From NCBI GenBank assembly GCA_018672055.1, contig JABHGM010000001.1:136884-200883 (forward strand): a DNA stretch of 64,000 bases, written 5' to 3'. Below, piece after piece: positions 19,770-28,705 of this stretch. The notes beneath the pieces were generated by a model. It saw nothing but the letters and a program-made list of their open reading frames with translations, was not told the origin of the DNA and made no database searches. Source of the DNA: a bacterium (lineage in GTDB: Bacteria > Patescibacteriota > Patescibacteriia > UBA1558 > UBA10009). The translations under genes and the position numbers were made by a program. Position 1 is the first letter of the stretch. Each line of letters starts with the position of its first letter.

Positions 19770-21299
19770 ATGAAAAGAATCACTCTCTTCATTATCGCTG
19801 TCTTAGCTATTAGCCAAGCATCTATAACTATTGAACCCAATATAATCATTGATCAGAGTAACAATACTGGTATTGCAACCGTCTGGATTACAAATGCTAA
19901 TGTAGATATTGCTGGAATTCACCTCGGCCTCTATGATACTGAAAATTTCAATCCTATTACAATTACCAATGTCTACGGCGAGATTTTGGAAAATTTAAAC
20001 TGGTTAACCGGCTGGAATGAAAATGAAATAATGACAGTAATGCTTAATCCAAATACACAGTTTCCAACCGGAAACAATCTTCTAATTAATATTGAATTTC
20101 AAGTTGAAGATGCGGCATGTGTTGTATTAATACCTAATCTAGAAATGCCAGCTTTCGTCTCAATGCAATCATTTAATCTGATTACAGATTATATATTCAT
20201 AAATGATGAAAATTGCGAATTAATTTCTGGTTGTACTGACCTATCAGCGCAAAACTATAACGATATCGCTCTCTATAACAACGGCACATGCGAATACGCA
20301 CCAATTATAGAACATATACCAAACCAATGGTTAACACCAAGCGAACCGTTATTGATTGAACTTAATGCCAGTGATGAGGATGATGATGAACTTACTTATT
20401 CAATAAATGATAATGGACTACTGTCAATCTTGCTAGACTCTAACGTTTTAATAATAGATACTTCTCAGTTAAATTGGGGATTCACTGAAGTCACAGTATA
20501 TGTCAGCGATGACACTTATCAAGACCAAGTCACATTCTCTATTATGGAAAACATGGAGTATGAGACTAGTTATGGAGATGTTAATAATGACGGCATTGTT
20601 AATGTAAGTGATATAGTTACAACTATTTCCATAATTTCTGGTCAATTAACCATGACTGAACAGGCAGACATTAACAGCGATGGTATTGTTAATATCATTG
20701 ATGTAGTTCTCCTAGTAGAAATTGTCTTGGGTTATAATCCTGGACGACTTTCTCCGTCGATAATTGACCTCTTACTTGAAGAAGGTTCTCTGAATACTAA
20801 AGCATCTGGTATCGCCGGTTTTCGACTAACAACTAACGTCGAAGATTTCGAAATTACGAATCATCCTGACAACTGGATACTAACACAATACGATAATCAA
20901 TTAATTATGATAAATCTCGATGGTTCAGAATCTGCTGGTAAATTATTTGAATACTCTGGTAAAATAGAAATCGAAGATGTCTTCCTGATCGGCTGGAATG
21001 GTGTTCAAATTGAAACCAATATTATTACTGTACCGAATGATTTTGAGCTATTCCCAGCTTATCCTAATCCTTTCAATCCTCAAACAACCATTGACTTTGA
21101 ATTGGCTTCTGACTCAAATGTCAAAATATCAATCTATAACTTATCCGGTCGTGAAATAGAAACCCTAGAAAATGGTACTAGACAATCCGGTTATTATTCT
21201 ATGACCTGGGATGCCAGTAGTCAAGCTACAGGCGTTTACCTAGTCAGAATGACTGTCGATAACTTTACCACCACACAAAAAGTGATGTTGGTTAAATAA
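19770..21299 (+). CDS. secreted protein with two dockerin-type Ca-binding repeats and a T9SS-type (Por) C-terminal sorting domain
   Basis: Signal peptide MKRITLFIIAVLAISQA. Dockerin repeats GDVNNDGIVNVSDIVTTISIISG and ADINSDGIVNIIDVVLLVEIVLG. The C-terminus YPNPFNPQTTIDFELASDSNVKISIYNLSGREIETL...GVYLVRMTVDNFTTTQKVMLVK matches the Por secretion tail consensus. GC and C/G-ending codon use look higher than in neighbouring genes. Confidence 0.6.
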   Translation: MKRITLFIIAVLAISQASITIEPNIIIDQSNNTGIATVWITNANVDIAGIHLGLYDTENFNPITITNVYGEILENLNWLTGWNENEIMTVMLNPNTQFPTGNNLLINIEFQVEDAACVVLIPNLEMPAFVSMQSFNLITDYIFINDENCELISGCTDLSAQNYNDIALYNNGTCEYAPIIEHIPNQWLTPSEPLLIELNASDEDDDELTYSINDNGLLSILLDSNVLIIDTSQLNWGFTEVTVYVSDDTYQDQVTFSIMENMEYETSYGDVNNDGIVNVSDIVTTISIISGQLTMTEQADINSDGIVNIIDVVLLVEIVLGYNPGRLSPSIIDLLLEEGSLNTKASGIAGFRLTTNVEDFEITNHPDNWILTQYDNQLIMINLDGSESAGKLFEYSGKIEIEDVFLIGWNGVQIETNIITVPNDFELFPAYPNPFNPQTTIDFELASDSNVKISIYNLSGREIETLENGTRQSGYYSMTWDASSQATGVYLVRMTVDNFTTTQKVMLVK

Positions 21300-21321
21300 T
21301 ACTTTTAAAATGTATTATAAA

Positions 21322-21356
21322 AGGCCTTATGAATTTATTCCTCTAAGGCCTTTTTT
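21322..21356. terminator. bidirectional terminator
   Basis: AGGCCTTA-14 nt-TAAGGCCT followed by TTTTTT. It overlaps the 3' end of uvrB on the other strand. Confidence 0.5.
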
Positions 21357-23391
21357 ATTTCTTTAACTTTTTAATCTGATCTCTAATACTAGCTGCTTTT
21401 TCAAATTCTAAATTCTCAGCTACTAATTTCATTTGATTTTCTAAATCATGAATAAGCATAGCTTTTTCTTTTCTAGGTAGTTTTTTCATAGCTTTTTCAT
21501 CAACCTTATTATTCTTAGTAAAGCTATCATCTATTTCCTTTTCAATACCTTTTGGAGTTATCTTATGCTTTATATTATATGCTTCTTGTATTTTTCTTCT
21601 TCTCTTAGTTTCTAAAATAGCTCTTTTCATCGAATTAGTCATTTTATCTGCATACATTATTACCTTACCTTCAACATGTCTGGCTGCTCTACCCATTGTT
21701 TGTATGAGAGCTGTTTCTGATCTTAAAAAGCCTTCTTTATCAGCATCTAATATGGCTACTAATGATACCTCTGGCAAATCTAAACCCTCTCTAAGTAAAT
21801 TAATACCAACTAAAACATCATATTTACCAAGTCTCAAATCTTTAATTATTTCAATCCTATCTAAAGTATCTACTTCTGAGTGTAAATACTGAACTTTAAC
21901 TTTTAAATCATTTAAATAATCAGTAAGTTCTTCTGCTAAACGTTTAGTAAGCGTAGTTACTAAAACTCTTTCCTTTTTATCAGTTCTTAACTTTATTTCA
22001 TTTAATAGATCATCTACTTGATACTTAGATTTTCTTAATTCAATTTCAGGATCAAGTAACCCTGTTGGTCTTATTACTTGTTGCGCAATAGCAGAGCCCT
22101 TCTCTTTTACTTTCTTTTTAAGATCAATGTAATCTACTAAGAGTTTTTGCTTATGATTAACTTCAATTTTTTTAGTTATTATACCCGATCTATCATATTC
22201 ATAACCAGCAGGTGTAGCTGATACATAAATTATCTTATTTACCTTTTTCTCAAACTCTTTAAATTTAAGTGGTCTGTTATCAAGTGCTGATGGTAATCTA
22301 AAACCATATTCAATTAAATTCTCTTTCCTAGCTTTATCTCCTCTATACATTCCATTAATTTGAGGTATGGTCATGTGTGATTCATCAACGAAAAGTAAAA
22401 AATCTTTCGGAAAGTAATCTATTAAGGTTTCAGGTCCAACACCTTCAGCTCTACCAGTTAAATACCTTGAATAATTTTCAATACCATTACAATATCCAAC
22501 ATGATTCATCATTTCTAAATCATGCTTAGTTCTCTCTTCAATACGCTGTGCTTCAATTAATTTATTATTCTTCTTAAAATACTTTATCTGTTTCTTCATG
22601 TCATTCTCAATTTCTTTGTTTACTCTTTTTATTGTAGTTTCTGGTGTTACAAAATGTTTTACTGGGAATAATACAATATTATCTAAAGTCTCTTTTTTTC
22701 TTCGAGTTAAAAAGTTAACTTTGGTTATCTTATCAATTTTATCGCCAAAAAATTCAACCGTTACTATATCTTCACTTGATTCAACTGGAAACACTTCCAC
22801 TGTATCACCTCTTACTCTAAATGTTCCTCTCTTAAATTCAATTTCATTTCTTGTAAATTGTACATTAACTAATTTTTTTAAAAATTCTTGAATACTTATT
22901 TTCTCATTTACTTTTATCTTAACAGAAAGATCTTGATAGAACTCTTTAGAGCCTAAACCATAAATACAAGAAACTGAAGCTACAATAATTACATCTTTTC
23001 TGGATAATAGTGAATTAGTTGAAGCATGTCTTAATCTATCTATCTCTTCATTAATATCTGTTTCCTTTTCAATATATGTATCTGAAGATACAACATATGC
23101 TTCTGGTTGATAGTAGTCATAATAGCTCACAAAATAATGAACTGCATTATCTGGAAAAAATCTCTTAAATTCTGAAGCTAATTGCGCAGCTAATGTCTTA
23201 TTATGTGAGATAACTAATGTTGGTTTCTGATACTTAGCAATAATATTTGCCATAGTAAACGTTTTACCTGAACCAGTTACACCAAGCAATGTTTGATCTT
23301 TATAATTCTTTAAACCACTATTAAGTTTAGCAATTGCCTGAGGCTGATCACCTGTTGGTTTAAATTTAGATTGTAATTTAAACTTATTCAT
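21355..23391 (-). CDS. uvrB: excinuclease ABC subunit B
   Basis: [15 protein letters not shown] Walker A, a helicase motif set, a beta-hairpin region, and the C-terminal UVR domain [12 protein letters not shown]. Confidence 0.9.
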   Translation of the reverse strand: MNKFKLQSKFKPTGDQPQAIAKLNSGLKNYKDQTLLGVTGSGKTFTMANIIAKYQKPTLVISHNKTLAAQLASEFKRFFPDNAVHYFVSYYDYYQPEAYVVSSDTYIEKETDINEEIDRLRHASTNSLLSRKDVIIVASVSCIYGLGSKEFYQDLSVKIKVNEKISIQEFLKKLVNVQFTRNEIEFKRGTFRVRGDTVEVFPVESSEDIVTVEFFGDKIDKITKVNFLTRRKKETLDNIVLFPVKHFVTPETTIKRVNKEIENDMKKQIKYFKKNNKLIEAQRIEERTKHDLEMMNHVGYCNGIENYSRYLTGRAEGVGPETLIDYFPKDFLLFVDESHMTIPQINGMYRGDKARKENLIEYGFRLPSALDNRPLKFKEFEKKVNKIIYVSATPAGYEYDRSGIITKKIEVNHKQKLLVDYIDLKKKVKEKGSAIAQQVIRPTGLLDPEIELRKSKYQVDDLLNEIKLRTDKKERVLVTTLTKRLAEELTDYLNDLKVKVQYLHSEVDTLDRIEIIKDLRLGKYDVLVGINLLREGLDLPEVSLVAILDADKEGFLRSETALIQTMGRAARHVEGKVIMYADKMTNSMKRAILETKRRRKIQEAYNIKHKITPKGIEKEIDDSFTKNNKVDEKAMKKLPRKEKAMLIHDLENQMKLVAENLEFEKAASIRDQIKKLKK

Positions 23392-23487
23392 AAAGTAACA
23401 TTCATATTATCACTATATCTGACATTTATCAATTATATTGATTTTTAATCCTAAACTTGCTAAAGTAATAATAATTAATAATATAAA

Positions 23488-24408
23488 TTGAATAATATGA
23501 ATGAACAATTTGAAGATCAGTCTGAATCACCAGAAACTTTAGCAGAAAAAATGACAGAGGATGGAATACAAAATTTAGGTGAACGATATATTGATATTTT
23601 CTATGAAAAAGCTAGATCAATGTTGAGAGAAGACAAGATAGATCCAGATAACTTTGAATATTACGATAAAGAAATGATAGCTAGAGATAAGAAATATGTA
23701 GAAGAGATGAAATCAATATTTTCAGAATCCAATACTAAAGAAGAAAAAATTTCACTAAAATTTGCTACTGTTTTAGAAGCTATCATTGATCAACATACTA
23801 CTCTTAGCAATTGGCTTGGTGAAAGGGCTCATTCTAGACAAGCAAGTGATTTTGATAATTACAAAAATGGTATTGATACAATTGTTGAATTTGAAACAGA
23901 ACAACCAGAATCAACCTCACATTTAGGACTAGCTATGGACGTTACTTTCTCAAATAACTTATCAAAAAAAATTAGCCGCATAAAAGATGAGATTGATAAG
24001 GATGAATTACCAGAAATAAAATACTTTGAATCAGAAATTGAAGACTCTATTAGTTCTCAAGGCAGGGTTAGGGATCTTCCACGTGTTATTATTGCTTTTG
24101 ATACAAAATCTTTATCAGAACTTGCAGCTCTTTGGATTCAAGGTAAAAATAGTGAACTAGGTAATCATCCTGCTCAGATACTAATAATTGAAGAAATACT
24201 TCTTCAATTAAAAACATACAGAGAATATGCTCAAGCAAATAATCAACGTAAAATTGTTAGACGATATGATCGATCAATTAGTATTGTTGAAAGCATTAAA
24301 CTCGAAAAAGAAGAACTATATTTAGAAACTCAAAAAAAACACGGTCAATCACATAAAGATAACCCTGCATTTATTAATCTGCAAAAGAATTTAAAAATAT
24401 TTAGATAA
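23488..24408 (+). CDS. hypothetical acidic protein
   Basis: 306-aa ORF with no recognisable motifs. Confidence 0.4.
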   Translation: MNNMNEQFEDQSESPETLAEKMTEDGIQNLGERYIDIFYEKARSMLREDKIDPDNFEYYDKEMIARDKKYVEEMKSIFSESNTKEEKISLKFATVLEAIIDQHTTLSNWLGERAHSRQASDFDNYKNGIDTIVEFETEQPESTSHLGLAMDVTFSNNLSKKISRIKDEIDKDELPEIKYFESEIEDSISSQGRVRDLPRVIIAFDTKSLSELAALWIQGKNSELGNHPAQILIIEEILLQLKTYREYAQANNQRKIVRRYDRSISIVESIKLEKEELYLETQKKHGQSHKDNPAFINLQKNLKIFR

Positions 24409-24488
24409 AATCACTAAAATTACTATAATATTTATTTAGTAATTTTTTGATTGATTTTTTGCTCTAAATTTGCTACTTTTTATATACT

Positions 24489-25070
24489 ATGATTTCTTAC
24501 TTAAAAGGCAAAATATTACATATAAAAAGCAGTTACTTGATACTTGAGGTTAATAACATTGGTTATCAAGTATTTTTTAATAATAATGCTCTAAATAGCT
24601 TAAATGAGGGTGATGATATTAAAATATATACTCATCATCAAATAAAAGAAGATCTTGATGATCTGTATGGTTTTTTAACTCTACCTGAACTTGAGCTCTT
24701 TAAGCTTGTTATCTCTATTTCTGGAGTGGGTCCCAAAAGTGGTTTAAATGTTTTAGCTACAGCTACTGTTGAAGAGATTATTCAAGCTATACTTTCAGAA
24801 AATCCTGAACTCTTGAAATCAGCATCTGGTATTGGTATTAAAACTGCTGAAAGATTAGTTATTGAACTAAAATCTAAAATAGGTAAACTGGGTAAAGAAT
24901 TAACTGGTAAAGATATAAAAGTCATGTCTGCAGATAATGAAGTGATTGAAGCTTTAATTAGTTTAGGTTATTCAAGGAATGAAGTGATGGTGGCTGTTCG
25001 TGGAATAGATAAAGATATTAAAGATATATCTGAAAAGATAAAAGCTGCTTTAAAAATCTTAGGCAAATAA
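24489..25070 (+). CDS. ruvA: Holliday junction branch-migration complex subunit RuvA
   Basis: MISYLKGKI then GYQVF in an OB fold, two HhH motifs (GVGPKSG and GIGIKTAERL), and a C-terminal domain III. Confidence 0.85.
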   Translation: MISYLKGKILHIKSSYLILEVNNIGYQVFFNNNALNSLNEGDDIKIYTHHQIKEDLDDLYGFLTLPELELFKLVISISGVGPKSGLNVLATATVEEIIQAILSENPELLKSASGIGIKTAERLVIELKSKIGKLGKELTGKDIKVMSADNEVIEALISLGYSRNEVMVAVRGIDKDIKDISEKIKAALKILGK

Positions 25071-26054
25071 ATGGAAGTAAGATTAATAGAAAAAAAAGAG
25101 TTAGATAACTTTTTAAAAAGTACGTCTCATGCTCAAATATTACAATCATGGGATTGGGGCGAATTTCAAAAAAAAGTAGGACACCAAGTATGGCGCTTTG
25201 GTGTTTTTAATAATGATGAATTAATTGCTTCTGCTCAAATTATAGAACATAAATTAAAACTTAATTTAAGCTATATCTATTGCCCTCGAGGACCTATGTT
25301 GGGTAGTAATATAGAAGATAAAGATAAAATACTTAAATTAATTCTAAGTAAAGCTCGTGATATAGCAATTACAACTCAAAAACAAGAAGAAATATTTTTT
25401 AGATTTGAACCAACTTTTAATTTTAAAATAAAGGCTACTAAAACTAAATCAGTTCAACCAAGCGATACTGTAATAATCAATCTAGCTAAAAGTGAAGAAG
25501 AATTATTAAAAAGTTTTCATCAAAAAACTAGATACAATATTAAAGTAGCTTCAAAACATAATATTAAGGTAGAAGAATATGATAATTCTAATTTTGAAAG
25601 AATTTGGGCTATCTTTGATAAGACAGCTAAGCGCGATAACTTTAATTTACATAAAAAAGAATATTACCAACAGATGGTTAAACAATCCGAGATTATTAAA
25701 ATATATGTTGCCTATCATCAAGCAATACCAGTTGCTGTAGCTCTCTGTGGTATAACTGGTGATACTATTACCTACTTACATGGAGCTTCAAATTATGAAT
25801 TCAGAAAATTAATGGCACCTCATGCTCTACATTGGGAGATAATACAACAAAGTAAAAAACAAGGATTTAAATACTATGATTTACATGGTATTACTATGAG
25901 TAAAAAATCAAATCATCCCTGGTCTGGCTTTACTCGATTTAAAAAAGGTTTTAATGGTGAAATAACTAATTATCCAGGTACATATGACTTTATTTATTCT
26001 CATACATGGTATATGATATATAAAATTTTTAGATTATTAAATAAACTAAGATGA
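25071..26054 (+). CDS. FemAB-family (FemX-like) peptidyl/aminoacyl transferase, candidate
   Basis: 327 aa. Length and N-terminal profile (hydrophobic core, WDWGEF, then an acyltransferase-like half) fit PF02388. No experimental-level certainty. Confidence 0.45.
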   Translation: MEVRLIEKKELDNFLKSTSHAQILQSWDWGEFQKKVGHQVWRFGVFNNDELIASAQIIEHKLKLNLSYIYCPRGPMLGSNIEDKDKILKLILSKARDIAITTQKQEEIFFRFEPTFNFKIKATKTKSVQPSDTVIINLAKSEEELLKSFHQKTRYNIKVASKHNIKVEEYDNSNFERIWAIFDKTAKRDNFNLHKKEYYQQMVKQSEIIKIYVAYHQAIPVAVALCGITGDTITYLHGASNYEFRKLMAPHALHWEIIQQSKKQGFKYYDLHGITMSKKSNHPWSGFTRFKKGFNGEITNYPGTYDFIYSHTWYMIYKIFRLLNKLR

Positions 26055-26767
26055 TTAAAAAAGTAGTAGTAGCTGCTGCTGGTCGTGGCACACGCATGCT
26101 ACATTTAAGCGCAAATAAACCAAAACATTTAATAAAAGTAAATGGTAAGCCTTTTTTATACTATCTAATGAATAATTTAAAAAAGGCCGGACTCACTGAA
26201 ATCTATATGATTATTGGATATAAGAAAAGAATGATTGAAAAATTCTTAACAGAGTATAAAGATGAATTCAATATTACAGTTATTAATCAATTTGATGAAT
26301 TAGGTGATAAATATGGTACTGCCTGCCCTATTGAATGTGTTAAAGATTTAATAAAAGAAAATTTCATCTCTGTAAATGGTGATAACCTCTATTCAGTTCA
26401 TGATTTAAAAAGAATGATGATTGATGACGACTTTAACTATATTGCTGGAATTAAAGTTCAGGATCCTCAAAAATATGGTGTACTAATTAGAGATGGTGAT
26501 GACTATTTAGATAGTATAAATGAAAAACCAGAAAATTACGTAGGTAATTTAATTAATACCGGACTCTTTAAATTGACCCCTAATGTATTTTCAAAATTAC
26601 CTGACCTAAAAAAATCCTCTCGTGATGAATATGAATTTACTGATATAATTACAATGCTAGCACAAGAAAAAAAAGTAAAGATAAAAGAAATAGCTGATTA
26701 CTGGTTAGATTTAGGAAAACCTAGCGACGTTAAAAAAATAGAATACTTTTTAAACAATAATAAATAA
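26051..26767 (+). CDS. sugar-phosphate nucleotidyltransferase
   Basis: VVAAAGRGTRM is the G-x-G-T-R NTP_transferase motif. Overlaps the upstream gene by 4 nt. Confidence 0.6.
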   Translation: MIKKVVVAAAGRGTRMLHLSANKPKHLIKVNGKPFLYYLMNNLKKAGLTEIYMIIGYKKRMIEKFLTEYKDEFNITVINQFDELGDKYGTACPIECVKDLIKENFISVNGDNLYSVHDLKRMMIDDDFNYIAGIKVQDPQKYGVLIRDGDDYLDSINEKPENYVGNLINTGLFKLTPNVFSKLPDLKKSSRDEYEFTDIITMLAQEKKVKIKEIADYWLDLGKPSDVKKIEYFLNNNK

Positions 26768-26771
26768 AAAT

Positions 26772-27119
26772 ATGAGATCATATCACAAAAGATTAGAACA
26801 ATATAAAAGTAGAGGTATTTCACATAAAGAAAAGCTAGCAGATAATATATCTAACTGGTCTGGCTCATGGAATTTTTTAATCCTACATATTATTTGGTTT
26901 ACAATCTGGATCGGCTTAAAACTAGAAGTAAATGTTTTAACATTAATTGTTTCACTCGAAGCTATTATCTTAATGAGCATACTTTTAATGACTCAAACCA
27001 GACAAGCTAAAAAAGATGATCTTAGAGATGAAGCTGATTACCAAGCTGATAAAAATAGTGAATTAGAAATAAATGAAATTAAAAAAATAGTAGATGAAAT
27101 AAATAGAAAATTAAAATAA
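26772..27119 (+). CDS. DUF1003-like small membrane protein
   Basis: NWSGSWNFLILHIIWFTIWI and a second TM, followed by a charged coiled tail. Confidence 0.4.
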   Translation: MRSYHKRLEQYKSRGISHKEKLADNISNWSGSWNFLILHIIWFTIWIGLKLEVNVLTLIVSLEAIILMSILLMTQTRQAKKDDLRDEADYQADKNSELEINEIKKIVDEINRKLK

Positions 27120-28406
27120 ATGTTAAAATCTATTTTAAAAAAAATAATCCCTACCTGGATAATTAGCTGGTATCATAAAATACTAGCTTATTTAGCTATG
27201 ATAATTTATCTTAATCCTTCATCTAAGCTAATAATAATAGGGGTAACAGGTACTAATGGTAAATCAACGGTAGTTAATTTAATTGGTGAAATATTAAACA
27301 AAGCAGGTCATAAAACTGGCTGGACCTCTACTACTAATTTTAGTATAGGAGACAAGAGCTGGTTAAATGATAAAAAGATGACTATGCTTGGACGTTTTCA
27401 AACACAAAGTTTTTTGAAAAAATGTCTTAAAGAAAAATGTAAATATGTAGTTATTGAAACTTCCTCAGAAGGCATTAAACAGTCAAGACATTTAGGAATT
27501 AATTATGATATTGCTCTTTTTACTAATTTAACACCAGAGCATATTGAATCACATGGTTCATTTGAAAAATATAAAGAAGCTAAAGGTAAATTATTTAAAC
27601 ATCTCTCATCAAGAAAAAGAAAATCTATTGATAAAACTATCATAGTAAATAGTGATGACTTAAATGCTGATTACTTTCTTTCATTTAAAGCAGAGCGTAA
27701 GATAACTTTTTCAATTAATAATAATTCTGAATTTAAAGCAAAAAATATTGAACTTACTTCTAATGGTACTATCTTTAATCTTGAGCAAGAAACATTTAAA
27801 ACAAATTTGCTTGGCAATGTAAATGTATATAATTGTTTAGCTACTATTTCAGTTTGTAAAATATTAAAAGTTGATGATCAAAAAATACGTGAAGCTCTTT
27901 TAAAATATAAAGGAGTGCCTGGACGTTTTGAATTTATTAATGAAGGTCAAAATTTTAAAGTTATGGTTGACTATGCTCCTGAAATAGAATCAATGAAAAA
28001 ACTATATGAAACAGTTAAACTATTTAAGTATAATAAAATAATTCATGTGCTTGGTTCTTGTGGTGGTGGTAGAGATTTAGCTAGAAGACCTGTGCTAGGC
28101 AAACTGGCAGCTACAAACGCTGATTACGTAATCATAACCAATGAAGATCCTTATAATGATGATCCAATAGAAATTATTAATCAAGTTTCTCTAGGTGCTG
28201 AAAATAATGGTAAAGTCTTAAATCAAAACTTATTCAAAATAATAGACAGAAATGAAGCAATTAAGAAAGCCCTATCCCTTGCCTCTCCAAATGATTTAGT
28301 CTTAATTACAGGCAAAGGCTCAGAACAAGCAATCTGTCTAGAACATGGCAAAAAAATGCCTTGGGATGATAGAAAAATAGTTAAAGAATTACTTTCATCC
28401 AAATAA
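27120..28406 (+). CDS. Mur ligase family protein (MurE/MurT-like)
   Basis: N-terminal TM, then IIGVTGTNGKSTVVNLIG P-loop, and a central domain ending with a DDQK-type motif. Confidence 0.55.
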   Translation: MLKSILKKIIPTWIISWYHKILAYLAMIIYLNPSSKLIIIGVTGTNGKSTVVNLIGEILNKAGHKTGWTSTTNFSIGDKSWLNDKKMTMLGRFQTQSFLKKCLKEKCKYVVIETSSEGIKQSRHLGINYDIALFTNLTPEHIESHGSFEKYKEAKGKLFKHLSSRKRKSIDKTIIVNSDDLNADYFLSFKAERKITFSINNNSEFKAKNIELTSNGTIFNLEQETFKTNLLGNVNVYNCLATISVCKILKVDDQKIREALLKYKGVPGRFEFINEGQNFKVMVDYAPEIESMKKLYETVKLFKYNKIIHVLGSCGGGRDLARRPVLGKLAATNADYVIITNEDPYNDDPIEIINQVSLGAENNGKVLNQNLFKIIDRNEAIKKALSLASPNDLVLITGKGSEQAICLEHGKKMPWDDRKIVKELLSSK

Positions 28407-28569
28407 CTGTGGATAACTTAGTGTATAAACTACTAATTTTGAGCTAAATTTAGCTTAATTTTTTTAATTTCTTGACTTTTTATCAAATTTAGTATATTTT
28501 CAGCGCTGTGGATAAATCCATTGTTCTTACCTAATATTAGGCAAATAACTACCTGTTCAAGATAAGTCC

Positions 28570-28598
28570 TTGACAAAAGTAAAAAAATGATGTATTAT
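28570..28598 (+). promoter_or_regulatory. strong sigma70-like promoter upstream of rpoB
   Basis: TTGACA (28570-28575), a 17-nt spacer, TGTATTAT (28591-28598, extended -10). Confidence 0.5.
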
Positions 28599-28644
28599 CC
28601 TCTTATGTTTTTGCGCCCAACTGTGTAAAAAATCTCGATTCTGT

Positions 28645-28673
28645 CACCCCTCATACCTCTAGGGTGGCTTTTT
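28645..28673 (+). promoter_or_regulatory. leader hairpin plus U-run (attenuator-like) between the promoter and rpoB
   Basis: CACCC-ctcatacctcta-GGGTG followed by GCTTTTT, about 40 nt after the predicted TSS and 35 nt before the rpoB start. Confidence 0.35.
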
Positions 28674-28705
28674 AAATGCCTAAAAATCAATAATTTTAAT
28701 ATTTT

